A DNA stretch of 64,000 bases from an uncultured Chitinophagales bacterium (lineage in GTDB: Bacteria; Bacteroidota; Bacteroidia; Chitinophagales; UBA8649). Position numbers and translations under genes: made by a program. Shown piece after piece: positions 40,001 to 48,800 of the stretch (its first letter is position 1; each line of letters opens with the position of its first letter). The stretch covers positions 9,305 to 73,304 of the forward strand of contig CAWVRT010000006.1 in NCBI GenBank assembly GCA_963932515.1. The letters run 5' to 3'. The notes beneath the pieces were generated by a model. It was not told the origin of the DNA, made no database searches, and was given only the letters and a program-made list of their open reading frames with translations.

Positions 40001-40388
40001 CAAGAGCAGATCCGAGAATAGCAAAAACTCTTTCTTGTGTTAAATCTTCTTCTGTTTTTACTGTCAATTTCTTCAAAATTGCACTTGTACTCCAAAAACC
40101 AAACAACACTACAAAAGCTGTTGACAAGGCAGACATTAAATTAATCATCATAGCTACTTTGGTAACATCGCCAAAAGCAAATAATGTAAATATTCTTCCT
40201 ATTATATTGAAGAACGGAGCACCAGGAGGGTGAACAACTTGCAACTTGTAAGCACCAGGTACAAACTCACCACAATCCCAAAAACTACCTGTTTTTTCCA
40301 TGGTAGAGATGTAAACTATTGCTGCAAAAATAAATACCAACCAACCTAAGATATTATTGGCTTTTTTATAAAACTGAATTCCTTTCAT
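37095..40388 (-). CDS. DUF2723 (TMEM260-like) large polytopic membrane protein, putative GT-C-type glycosyltransferase
   Basis: 1097 aa. N-terminus SFWDCGEFVPGAYKLQVVHPPGAPFF, which I recognise as typical of DUF2723. About 12 TM in two blocks, with large soluble domains and a TPR-like C-terminus. Confidence 0.65.
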   Translation of the reverse strand: MKGIQFYKKANNILGWLVFIFAAIVYISTMEKTGSFWDCGEFVPGAYKLQVVHPPGAPFFNIIGRIFTLFAFGDVTKVAMMINLMSALSTAFVVLFGFWSTSAILKKLTVKTEEDLTQERVFAILGSALVAGLSITFLDSLWFSAVEGEVYALSMFFMTFVIWATMKWDADDSPTADRWLLLIAFMIGLSTGVHLLSLLAIPFTALIFYLKKYEFSIKGAIIAFITSFLIIGIVMKGVISGFPSLYAKFDKLFVNSFGLPFNSGVVFVSLVVIALIIFILSYINKKEINQSVLGLRVTSSGIERAVLSLVFVIIGYSSFLMVPIRSEANPPINMNRPTDPFTMLSYLNREQYGERPLLFGPDYTMFPQDDYEIQGNNFKKANVRDIISKGKNEYDVMVKDGKFDYVVKSDAKMFFPRLGVLNDQGKINAYRAWMQPEYNIYDRETKKNVAKFKSNQIDQANAYVQQQNAKGEGRYGSARYRVVDDLSWGDNIKFFFNYQMGFMYFRYFMWNFSGRQNDIQGTYANADGSWITGINAIDNNIHLWGSPKWTQDNLSKKREFNKAHNKFYAIPFLLGLIGFYWLFKKDWRIATTVLVMFLTAGTFFIVYGNQPPIEPRERDYVIVGSLFIYAMWLGMSVYAMFDLFSKKINGKIAAPLAFAIAIIAPVLMGSQGWDDHNRDFRTIPVDMATNYLESCAPNAIIFTQGDNDTYPLWYAQEVEGIRTDVRVINVSLLGVDWYIDQLRYKMNDAPYLKLTFTPDMIRANNRDYTPYINNPNIDKNKYYNAQDIMKFIAKDDPKIKAQSNYSYYNPTRKMSFPVSAEAVRTMDMTDAADSMILPALNVDIAKANLMKNDLLTIDIIANNINERPIYFAISVAPSAYLGFQKYFQQEGLTYRIVPVVNPGGQPTTAPIRTAKMYDNMMNKFKWGKVAENPNVYLNENIMRMTQNLVSNFAKLADEYAKEGDYETAAEVADKLMAVLPLDKIHANYFHANIPSIYLKASSSSAKNAEGAETDVQKLKARKLTEEIVLICKDELDYMVRVYNDKSRSYAKGSFSRKREVSEYLYLLQAMSRNYQYEDPAFAKELSELLVEYSAKFQ

Positions 40389-40411
40389 TTCTTCTTAACT
40401 TTATTAGCTGC

Positions 40412-40419
40412 CAAAGATA
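40412..40419 (-). promoter_or_regulatory. Candidate -7 box TATCTTTG for the DUF2723-methyltransferase operon
   Basis: Exact TAnnTTTG on the minus strand, 24 nt upstream of the ATG at 40388. Confidence 0.45.
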
Positions 40420-40505
40420 TAAAAACAACAGAATTAGTAGTGTTAATTTTGATTAATAGTTTGAAATATCCAAAAGGAACAAAAAAACTCTAAGAATATA
40501 TTAAT

Positions 40506-40513
40506 TACATTTG
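40506..40513 (+). promoter_or_regulatory. Candidate -7 box TACATTTG for the SDR gene
   Basis: Exact TAnnTTTG, 17 nt before the ATG at 40530. Confidence 0.45.
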
Positions 40514-40529
40514 TATTAATAATTTCAAA

Positions 40530-41330
40530 ATGAAAATAAATTTCAAAAATAAAACTGTTTGGGTTGTTGGTGCATCTTCTGGAATTGGAGAAGGTTTAAT
40601 AAAACAACTAGCGAAAGAAAATTGCAATATTATACTTTCTGCAAGAAGAGAAAATAAACTTAAAAACATTCAAACTTCCTTAAAACTCTCTAATGAAAAC
40701 AGTTTAGTTTTACCATTAGACATTTCAAAAAGTAATGAATTTGATAATAAAATAGATTTAGTAATTTCTAAATTTTCAAGCATTGACATTTTAATTTTAA
40801 ATGCTGGAATTGCTCATAAATCTTTTGCGGAAGAAACTTTAGAAGAAGTGGACCGTAGAATTATGGAAGTCAATTTTATGGGAAATATTCTTTTAACAAA
40901 AAAAGTAATTCCAGTTATGAAAAAACAAGGCAGTGGAACAATTGCTGTAACGAGCAGTATTTTAGGTAAAATTGGGTTACCATTCGTCTCTACCTACTGC
41001 GCTTCTAAACAAGCAATAACTGGCTACTATGAAAGCTTACGTTATGAAGTAAGTAAATACAATATAAATATCACAATTCTTTCTCCAGGGTTTATTAAAA
41101 CGGATATTACCAAAAATTCTTTAACTGCAGATGGAGGAATTTTTAATAAAGATAGCATCGCTCAAGAAAAAGGCATGAATGCAACTTTGTGTGCAAAAAA
41201 AATGATTCAAGCTATTAAAAAAGGGAAACGTCATCAGTACATTGGCGGGTTAGAAACTTTTATGCCTGCATTTTCATTTTATTTCCCTAGAATGTTTTAT
41301 TTTTTGATGAAGAAAATGCACGGAATTTAA
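40530..41330 (+). CDS. Short-chain dehydrogenase/reductase (SDR) family oxidoreductase
   Basis: VVGASSGIGEG cofactor motif and the YCASK catalytic YxxxK. Confidence 0.85.
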   Translation: MKINFKNKTVWVVGASSGIGEGLIKQLAKENCNIILSARRENKLKNIQTSLKLSNENSLVLPLDISKSNEFDNKIDLVISKFSSIDILILNAGIAHKSFAEETLEEVDRRIMEVNFMGNILLTKKVIPVMKKQGSGTIAVTSSILGKIGLPFVSTYCASKQAITGYYESLRYEVSKYNINITILSPGFIKTDITKNSLTADGGIFNKDSIAQEKGMNATLCAKKMIQAIKKGKRHQYIGGLETFMPAFSFYFPRMFYFLMKKMHGI

Positions 41331-41364
41331 CAAACTATGAATTCGTAATTAATAACTTTACACC

Positions 41365-42198
41365 ATGAACATTGAAGAAATAAATAAAATAATCAATCCT
41401 AAATATACTGAGGATAAAAATATAGCTGATTTAAACAATCAATTTGTAAATGCACCGCATTGTAAACATATATTTTTAGATGATTTTTTTACGGAAGAAA
41501 CTGCCGATATATTATATGAAAATTTTCCAAGTTTTGAGAGTTTAAATGTTATCAGAAAATCATTGAACGAGAATAAAAGAGAAGATTATAATTTTGAAGC
41601 TTGGCATCCCATTTTTCAAAAAGTAAGAGAAACTTTAGCTTCTAAAGCATTTAGTAAAATCATTAGTAGAATTACTGGCATTGACGGTCTTTTCACAAAT
41701 TTTGATTCTTTGGGACAAGGAATTCACCAAGGTGCAAAAGGTAGTTATTTAGATGTACATATAGATGTAAACGTAAATGTAGAAAAGAAGATTTGGCGCA
41801 GAGTAAATTTATTAATTTATTTAAACAAAGGCTGGAAAGACGAATATGGCGGTGAAATAGAATTATGGGACCCAGAAATGAAAGATTGTGTTCTGAAATA
41901 TCCTTGTTTTATGAATAAAGCTTTAATTTTTATTACCGATAAAAATTCCCCCCATGGATATTCTAAAATAAATGTTCCTGAAGGAACAACTAGAAAATCT
42001 TATTACGCTTATTATTATACTCCATTAGAAGAAGGTGTGAGGTATGAAGATTCTAGATTTTTAAGTAAACCAGATGATAGCTTTATTAAAAAAACAGCTA
42101 CTATTTTAAAAGAAAAAGCAAAAATTACTATTAAATCTATTTTGAGTAAATTCAATATTACCAGTTTAGATTTTCAAGATAAAAACAAGAAAAAGTAG
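41365..42198 (+). CDS. 2OG-Fe(II) oxygenase family protein (prolyl-hydroxylase-like)
   Basis: 277 aa. HxD motif (LDVHIDVN), distal His (SPHGYSKI), and jelly-roll-type spacing. Confidence 0.6.
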   Translation: MNIEEINKIINPKYTEDKNIADLNNQFVNAPHCKHIFLDDFFTEETADILYENFPSFESLNVIRKSLNENKREDYNFEAWHPIFQKVRETLASKAFSKIISRITGIDGLFTNFDSLGQGIHQGAKGSYLDVHIDVNVNVEKKIWRRVNLLIYLNKGWKDEYGGEIELWDPEMKDCVLKYPCFMNKALIFITDKNSPHGYSKINVPEGTTRKSYYAYYYTPLEEGVRYEDSRFLSKPDDSFIKKTATILKEKAKITIKSILSKFNITSLDFQDKNKKK

Positions 42199-42302
42199 GA
42201 TCTCAAAGAGATAAAAATTAAAAATAGTTAAGTAAAAAGAAATTTTCTAGGTTTTTTTTGAAAATTATTTGAAAAAAGATTGCACAATAAAAAAAAACAA
42301 TT

Positions 42303-42310
42303 TAGCTTTG
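42303..42310 (+). promoter_or_regulatory. Candidate -7 box TAGCTTTG for tRNA-Gln
   Basis: Exact TAnnTTTG, 11 nt before the mature tRNA 5' end. Part of the 14-nt TTAGCTTTGCGCTC repeated at 42464. Confidence 0.55.
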
Positions 42311-42320
42311 CGCTCCAAAT

Positions 42321-42392
42321 TGGCCTATGGTGTAATTGGTAACACACCAGTTTTTGGTACTGACATTCAAGGTTCGAGTCCTTGTAGGCCAA
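42321..42392 (+). tRNA. tRNA-Gln (anticodon TTG)
   Basis: Hand-folded cloverleaf: acceptor TGGCCTA/TAGGCCA, D-arm GTGT-AATTGGTA-ACAC, anticodon arm CCAGT-TTTTGGT-ACTGA, T-arm CAAGG-TTCGAGT-CCTTG. 72 nt. CCA is not encoded. Confidence 0.9.
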
Positions 42393-42398
42393 CTTTGT

Positions 42399-42431
42399 AA
42401 AAGCTACTCTTAAAAAAGAGTAGCTTTTTTT
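42399..42431 (+). terminator. Rho-independent terminator after tRNA-Gln
   Basis: Stem AAAAGCTACTC / GAGTAGCTTTT, followed by a T-run. Confidence 0.7.
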
Positions 42432-42464
42432 ATATAAAATATTGTAAAAAACTAAATAAAACCT

Positions 42465-42472
42465 TAGCTTTG
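42465..42472 (+). promoter_or_regulatory. Candidate -7 box TAGCTTTG for the prs-rplY-pth operon
   Basis: Exact TAnnTTTG, 26 nt before the prs ATG. Same 14-mer as the tRNA-Gln promoter. Confidence 0.55.
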
Positions 42473-42497
42473 CGCTCAATTATTTAACTACATAGTT

Positions 42498-43442
42498 ATG
42501 AACCTAGCAGAAGTAAAATTATTGAGTGGAATTGGAACCGAAATACTATCTAAAAAGATTAGTGAGCATTATGGGGACCATTTAGCAGATGTTAGTACTC
42601 ACAGATTTAGTGATGGTGAATTTACTACTGTTATTAATGAATCTGTAAGAGGGAAATTTGTGTTTATTATTCAGTCTACCAATCCACCTACAGAAAACAT
42701 CATGGAAATGCTTATGATGGTAGATGCTGCAAAAAGAGCTTCTGCAGATTATATAACCTGTGTAATTCCTTATTTTGGTTTTGCAAGACAAGATAGAAAA
42801 GATAAACCAAGAGTAGCAATTGGTGCTAAATTAATGGCAAATTTAATTGTTGCTTCTGGAGCAAATAGGGTTATGACTATGGATTTGCACGCTGGTCAAA
42901 TACAAGGATTTTTTGATATTCCTGTAGATCATTTAAATGCAACGGCTATTTTCATGCCTTATTTAGAAAATTTAGGAATGGAAGACATATTATTTGCATC
43001 ACCAGATGTAGGTTCTACGAAAAGAACAAGATTATATGCACAACATTTTAATACCGATTTCGTAATTTGCGATAAACATAGAAAAAAAGCTAATGAAATT
43101 GCAGAAATGACTTTAATTGGAGATGTTAAAGATAAAAATGTAATATTGGTAGATGATTTAATCGACACTGCAGGTACAATGTGTATGGCAGCAGAAAAAA
43201 TCATGGAAAAAGGTGCAAAAAGTATAAGAGCTATTTGTACGCATGCAGTACTTTCGGGTCCAGCATATGAGCGTTTAGAAGCTTCTGTAATATCAGAATT
43301 GATAGTAACAGATACTATTCCGCTACAAAAAAAATCGAGTAAGATCAAGGTGCTTACTGTGTCAAAACTTTTTGCGAAAGCAATTAGAAATACACACGAG
43401 CATAAATCAATTAATTCACTATTTATAACACAATCAGTTTAA
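42498..43442 (+). CDS. prs: Ribose-phosphate pyrophosphokinase
   Basis: DLHAGQIQGFF and VDDLIDTAGT motifs. Confidence 0.9.
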   Translation: MNLAEVKLLSGIGTEILSKKISEHYGDHLADVSTHRFSDGEFTTVINESVRGKFVFIIQSTNPPTENIMEMLMMVDAAKRASADYITCVIPYFGFARQDRKDKPRVAIGAKLMANLIVASGANRVMTMDLHAGQIQGFFDIPVDHLNATAIFMPYLENLGMEDILFASPDVGSTKRTRLYAQHFNTDFVICDKHRKKANEIAEMTLIGDVKDKNVILVDDLIDTAGTMCMAAEKIMEKGAKSIRAICTHAVLSGPAYERLEASVISELIVTDTIPLQKKSSKIKVLTVSKLFAKAIRNTHEHKSINSLFITQSV

Positions 43443-43444
43443 TT

Positions 43445-44065
43445 ATGAAAACAATTTCATTAGAAGGACAAAAAAGAGAAAGTGCAGGAAAAAAAGCTGC
43501 TAAATTAGTAAGAAAAGAAGATAGAGTACCTTGCGTAATGTACGGGGGGATGGAAAATATTTCTTTTTCAGTAAAATATAATGATTTATTAAAAATCGTT
43601 TATACTGATGCATTCTTAAAAGTAAATGTAAAAGTTGATTCTATTAATGTTGAAGCATTGGTAAAAGATATCGATTTTCACCCAGTTACTGATAAAATCT
43701 TACATGTAGATTTTCAAGAATTAGTACCAGGAAAAATTATTAAAACAGAAATTCCGGTGAAAACTACTGGAAGAGCTAAAGGTGTTGCTACTGGTGGTGT
43801 TCTTGAGTTAAACTTAAGAAAACTAATCGTAAAAGCTACGCCAGAACAATTAGTTCCATTTATTTCTTTAGACGTTACTAATTTAGAATTAGGAAAGTCT
43901 ATTAAAGTACAAGATGTAAAAACTGACTTAAATATTTTAACTCCAGGGGGAAATCCAATAGCTAGAGTAGTTGTACCTAGAGCTATGCGTTCTGAAAGTG
44001 CTGAAGAAGAAGGGGAAGAAGTTGCTGAAGGTGCTGAAACAACTACTGAAGCTGCCGCTGAATAA
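43445..44065 (+). CDS. rplY: 50S ribosomal protein L25 / general stress protein Ctc
   Basis: 206 aa. L25/Ctc two-domain pattern with an acidic C-terminal tail. Conserved prs-ctc-pth order. Confidence 0.85.
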   Translation: MKTISLEGQKRESAGKKAAKLVRKEDRVPCVMYGGMENISFSVKYNDLLKIVYTDAFLKVNVKVDSINVEALVKDIDFHPVTDKILHVDFQELVPGKIIKTEIPVKTTGRAKGVATGGVLELNLRKLIVKATPEQLVPFISLDVTNLELGKSIKVQDVKTDLNILTPGGNPIARVVVPRAMRSESAEEEGEEVAEGAETTTEAAAE

Positions 44066-44082
44066 GTAATTAAAATAAATGT

Positions 44083-44643
44083 ATGAAAAAGTATTTAATC
44101 GTTGCTTTAGGTAATATTGGGGCTGAATACGAAAATACTAGACATAATATCGGTTTTAAAATTGCCGATGAATTAGCAAAAAATAAAGACGTTTCATTTG
44201 ATATGAAGCGTCTTGCTTTTTACAGTTCCTATAAATTTAAAGGGAAAATTATCCATATTATTAAACCAACTACTTTTATGAATTTAAGTGGTAAGGCTAT
44301 TAAATACTGGATGAAAGAACTCAATATTCCTGTTGAAAACACATTAACACTCGTAGATGATATTGCTTTACCTTTTGGTAAGATAAGATTAAAACCAAGT
44401 GGTTCTGATGCTGGACATAATGGTTTAAAAAGTATAGCTGAATACTTAGATACTATAACCTACCCAAGATTAAAATTTGGTATTGGAGATAATTATAGTA
44501 AAGGCAGACAAATAGATTATGTACTTGGCGAATGGACTAATCATGAAAATGAAGCACTTTCTTCCTATCTAGATACTGCTATTAAAAGTATTGAGGATTT
44601 CATACAAACAGGTATGGAAAGAGCCATGAATTTTAATAATTGA
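44083..44643 (+). CDS. pth: Peptidyl-tRNA hydrolase
   Basis: LGNIGAEYENTRHNIGF and GHNGLKS motifs. Confidence 0.9.
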   Translation: MKKYLIVALGNIGAEYENTRHNIGFKIADELAKNKDVSFDMKRLAFYSSYKFKGKIIHIIKPTTFMNLSGKAIKYWMKELNIPVENTLTLVDDIALPFGKIRLKPSGSDAGHNGLKSIAEYLDTITYPRLKFGIGDNYSKGRQIDYVLGEWTNHENEALSSYLDTAIKSIEDFIQTGMERAMNFNN

Positions 44644-44688
44644 TATCCTACTATTGCATTCACAATAGTCTCCAATAAGGAATTTTAA

Positions 44689-45324
44689 CTATTTTCTATA
44701 ATTTTTTCTATTTCTATTATTGTTGTTATTATTATTCCTCTTTTTATTATTATTATTATTCTTGAAATTTCTAACAGTTTTCACTTTTAAAAGTGTCGTC
44801 TCATTCTCTAACTTAAGAACACCCCCAGATAGTGTTTCTAGATCGTCAATAATAATTAAATCATTTACTTTCTCTCCACTTCTATTTCTATTAGCTTGAA
44901 CTTTTTTCATATAATTAGCAATGGTCTTAGCATATTCCATTTGCTTTTCTCGATCTTCCATGTCAGAAGCTGATTTTATCATACTTAAAATATTTCTACC
45001 ATAATGACGAAATTTTCTACTCCTTGTAGGATAAGCGAATTTTGCAGGTTTAGCAAAAACTTCTTCTCTTTCTGGAACTTCATAAGGAGAATCTACTGCT
45101 AAATCGAAGTCTGCTATAAGATATAAATGATCCCAGAGTAATTGTTTAAAATCTTCTATATTTTTTAAATGAGGATTAATTCCACCCATTATACTCAAAA
45201 TGTGCTCAGCAACATCTTGTCTATCTTCTTTACTTTCAAGTGTTTTTGCGTAGGCTACTAACTTTTGAATACTACGACCGTATTCACGCAATTTAATTGA
45301 TTCTCTTTGAGAATTGTATTCCAT
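44689..45324 (-). CDS. DUF4290-like protein with an Asn/Lys/Arg low-complexity tail
   Basis: The N-terminus MEYNSQRESIKLREYGRSIQKLV resembles DUF4290 proteins as I recall them. The C-terminal 35 aa are N/K/R only. Confidence 0.5.
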   Translation of the reverse strand: MEYNSQRESIKLREYGRSIQKLVAYAKTLESKEDRQDVAEHILSIMGGINPHLKNIEDFKQLLWDHLYLIADFDLAVDSPYEVPEREEVFAKPAKFAYPTRSRKFRHYGRNILSMIKSASDMEDREKQMEYAKTIANYMKKVQANRNRSGEKVNDLIIIDDLETLSGGVLKLENETTLLKVKTVRNFKNNNNNKKRNNNNNNNRNRKNYRK

Positions 45325-45601
45325 ATGCTTTATTTTGAAATCGATTACATTTATAATGTAAATTGTAATTATCTATTTGATGTAGGTTTTACTTAAAGAG
45401 TCTTAAGAAACCCATACTTTGAAAGTGCAAGATATCATTATTTTTTAACAAAATGACTTTTTATTCTTTTTTTATGCATTATATACATAGCTATACATTT
45501 TAAAACTATTTAAAACTATTTAAAATAAAACATTATCCATTTGAATTTTTTAAAGTTCCTCTCTTTATACGATTCATACACCGTATATTTTAGTCTCTCC
45601 A

Positions 45602-45793
45602 CTATTTATTCATCCAGTGTTTCCCAAAAAATCTAGCAAATAAATTCGTTCTTACGTTTCTTTCAATTTCATCGAAAAAATGTAATTCTTTGATATAGGG
45701 TAATTCTACATCAGGGTGCTTTTTTAGATTTTCGTATAACCATGTCGTGACCGTTTTCGGTGCTCCTATGCAAATAAAATCTGGATTTTTCAT
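45602..45793 (-). pseudogene. Truncated sulfotransferase remnant (N-terminal PAPS-loop region only)
   Basis: The 63-aa ORF begins PDFICIGAPKTVTTWLYENLKKHPDV...KELHFFD, the 5'-PSB region of Sulfotransfer-type enzymes, with Gly replaced (KTVTT instead of KxGTT). Full-length enzymes are several times longer. It is followed by 277 nt of non-coding AT-rich DNA. Confidence 0.45.
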
Positions 45794-45881
45794 AATATTA
45801 AATTAACGTCAACCCTACAAGATTCAGTATCCTAAAGGTTTGTATTATTCACATACATTATTATATGATTTTTTTAAACAA

Positions 45882-48800
45882 CTAAGCTTCTTGCTTTCCA
45901 TGACACTGCTTAAATTTTTTACCACTTCCACAAGGACAAGTATCATTTCTACCCGTTTTTGGTGCTACTCTAATTGGTTCAGCCTTTTTAGGTTCTTCTT
46001 GTTGTGTATTATCTGAAGATTCACCTCCGCCTCTACTCATTTCCAATTGTTTTACTGGAGATCTTCTAGCTTCTTGATTTGTTGTTTTAACATCATCCGC
46101 ACTTTCTATTGGAATATTTCCTTTAAATAAGAATGAAGAAATATCTCTATTAATTTCAGAAATCATTTCTTTAAACAAATTAAAAGCTTCTAACTTGTAA
46201 ACCAATAAAGGATCTTTTTGCTCTAAAGAAGCATTTTGAACCTCTTGTTTTAAGCTATCCATTTGACGTAAATTATCTTTCCAACTCTCATCTATCATAG
46301 ATAAAGAAACTGTTTTTTCAAATTCTGTCATTGTTAAAGTTCCTTGTCTCTTAATGTTTTTTTCTAAAGAAACGGTAACATTTACGCCTTTTACGCCATT
46401 TGTAAATGGAACGACTATATTTTTAACAGAAGCTCCTCTATCTGTATGTATTTGCCTGAAAATTGGTAAAGTTCTTTTTGCTACAAAATCCATTTTTCTT
46501 TTGTAAGTTTCTTCTACTTCATTAAAAAGTTTTTCTGAAACTACTTCTAAGTCTTTTTCTTTAAAATCTTCTTCCGTAATATGCGTATCTAAAGCAAAAT
46601 ATCTAATAACGTCTAGTTTGAAATTTTCGTAATCTTCACTTTGTTTATTAATAGCTACTAGCTCTTCACTCAAATCGTACATCGTGTTCATGATGTCTAC
46701 CGATAGTCTTTCGCCAAAAAGTGCATTCTTACGCTTTTTATAGATTACTTCTCTCTGCGTATTCATAATGTCATCATATTCTAACAAACGCTTACGTACA
46801 CCAAAATTATTTTCCTCTACTTTTTTCTGTGCAGTTTCTACATTTTTAGAAATCATTGAATGCTGAATAACTTCTCCTTCTTTAAAGCCTAATCTATCCA
46901 TCCATTTAGAAATTCTATCTGAACCAAATAAACGCATCAAACGATCTTCTAATGAAATAAAGAATTGTGAAGATCCAGGATCTCCTTGTCTTCCGGCTCT
47001 ACCTCTCAACTGTCTATCTATACGTCTAGAATCGTGTCTTTCAGAGCCAATAATTGCTAAACCACCCGCTTTTATAACTTCTGGTGGCAACTTAATATCC
47101 GTACCCCTTCCGGCCATATTAGTGGCAATAGTTACCGCACCAGGCTTTCCTGCTTCAGCAACAATATCTGCCTCTCTAGCATGTTGTTTGGCATTTAAAA
47201 CATTATGTTTTATACCTTTCATATTCAACATTCTACTAATCAATTCCGATACGTCAATAGAAGCTGTACCTACTAATACTGGTCTTCCTTCTTTTGATAA
47301 ACGTTCAATTTCTATAGCAATAGCATTGAATTTCTCTCTAGTTGTTTTATAAATTAAGTCTTCATGATCTTGCCTAGCTAAAGGTTTATTTGTAGGTATT
47401 GCTACTACATCTAGTTTGTAAATATCCCAAAACTCTTGAGCTTCTGTTTCTGCAGTACCTGTCATCCCCGACAATTTATGGTACATTCTAAAAAAATTCT
47501 GTAAAGTTACTGTTGCTAAAGTTTGTGAAGCTGCTTCTACTTTTACATTTTCCTTTGCTTCAATGGCTTGGTGTAAACCATCAGAATATCTACGACCGTC
47601 CATAATACGACCTGTATTTTCATCTACAATTTTTACTTTGTCGTCTATTACAACATATTCTATCTCTTTATCAAAAAGTGTATATGCTTTTAATAATTGG
47701 TTGATAGAATGTAACCTTTCCGTTTTGATAGCAAAGTTTTGTAATAACTGATCTTTAATAGCTATTTTTTCTTCTTCTGGTAAATTTTGTTTATCAATTT
47801 CTACCATTTCACTTCCAACATCTGGAACGATAAAGAATTCTTTATCTTCGCCAGAAGCGGTAATCATATCTACACCTTCTTCTTTAAATTCTACTGAATT
47901 TTGTTTTTCTTCAATTACAAACAACAATTCTTCATCAACTATTGGCATCTCTTTATTAGAGTCTTGCATATAGTAGTTCTCTGTTTTTAATAAGATTTGC
48001 TTAATACCTGGTTCACTCAAATATTTAATTAAAGGTTTGTTTTTTGGTAAAGCTCTAAAAGCTTTCAATAAAGCAAAGCCACCTTCACCGGGTTTATACC
48101 CTGTAACACCTTCTTTTATTAATTTCTTTGCTTGAATTAAATTTGTACTTGCAATTTTCTTTTGAGCTTCTACTAACTTATGAATTCTAGGCTTTAAGTC
48201 GTAAAATTGTTTTTCATCACTTTTTTCAACTGCTCCAGAAATAATTAAAGGGGTTCTTGCATCATCAACTAATACAGAATCCACCTCATCTATCATTGTA
48301 AAGTGAAGTTTTCTTTGTACTAAGTCATCTTTATTAGATGCCATATTATCTCTCAAATAATCGAAACCAAATTCATTATTTGTTCCATAAGTGATATCTG
48401 CATTATACGCATGTCTACGTCCATCTGAATTTGGTTGGTGCTTATCAACGCAATCGACTCTTAAACCTAAGAAATTAAAAATTGGTGCATTCCACTCAGA
48501 ATCTCTAATAGATAAATAATTATTTACCGTTACAATATGTACACCTAATTCTGGTAGTGCATTTAAATATGCTGGCAAGGTAGATACTAATGTTTTTCCT
48601 TCACCTGTCATCATTTCTGCAATTTTACCTTCATGTAAAACAACTCCACCAACTAACTGTACATCATAATGAATCATGTTCCAATCCACTTCAACTCCTG
48701 CTGCTTTCCATTGATTTTTATAAATTGCTTTATCTCCTTCAATTTTAACAAAGTCTCCACTTACCGCTAAATCTTTATCAAAATCTGTTGCGGTAGAACT

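Noticed and set aside
42228-42479. 83-aa minus-strand ORF in the 2OG-oxygenase/prs spacer
   Set aside because: It overlaps tRNA-Gln and its terminator on the opposite strand. Its sequence is low-complexity, and the region is fully explained by the tRNA, two promoters and a terminator.
42199-42497. tRNA-Gln as an integration site for a genomic island (SDR plus 2OG-oxygenase upstream)
   Set aside because: There is no integrase, no direct repeat of the tRNA 3' end, and the flanking genes have ordinary composition and promoters.
44689-44800. Asn/Lys/Arg-only tail of the DUF4290-like protein as a possible frameshift or repeat expansion
   Set aside because: The frame is continuous with the conserved N-terminal domain. 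Basic low-complexity tails are common in AT-rich genomes. There is no evidence of disruption.
45501-45525. Tandem TAAAACTATT x2.5
   Set aside because: Too short and AT-rich to be a meaningful repeat element or CRISPR-like array. It is mentioned only as part of the decayed spacer.
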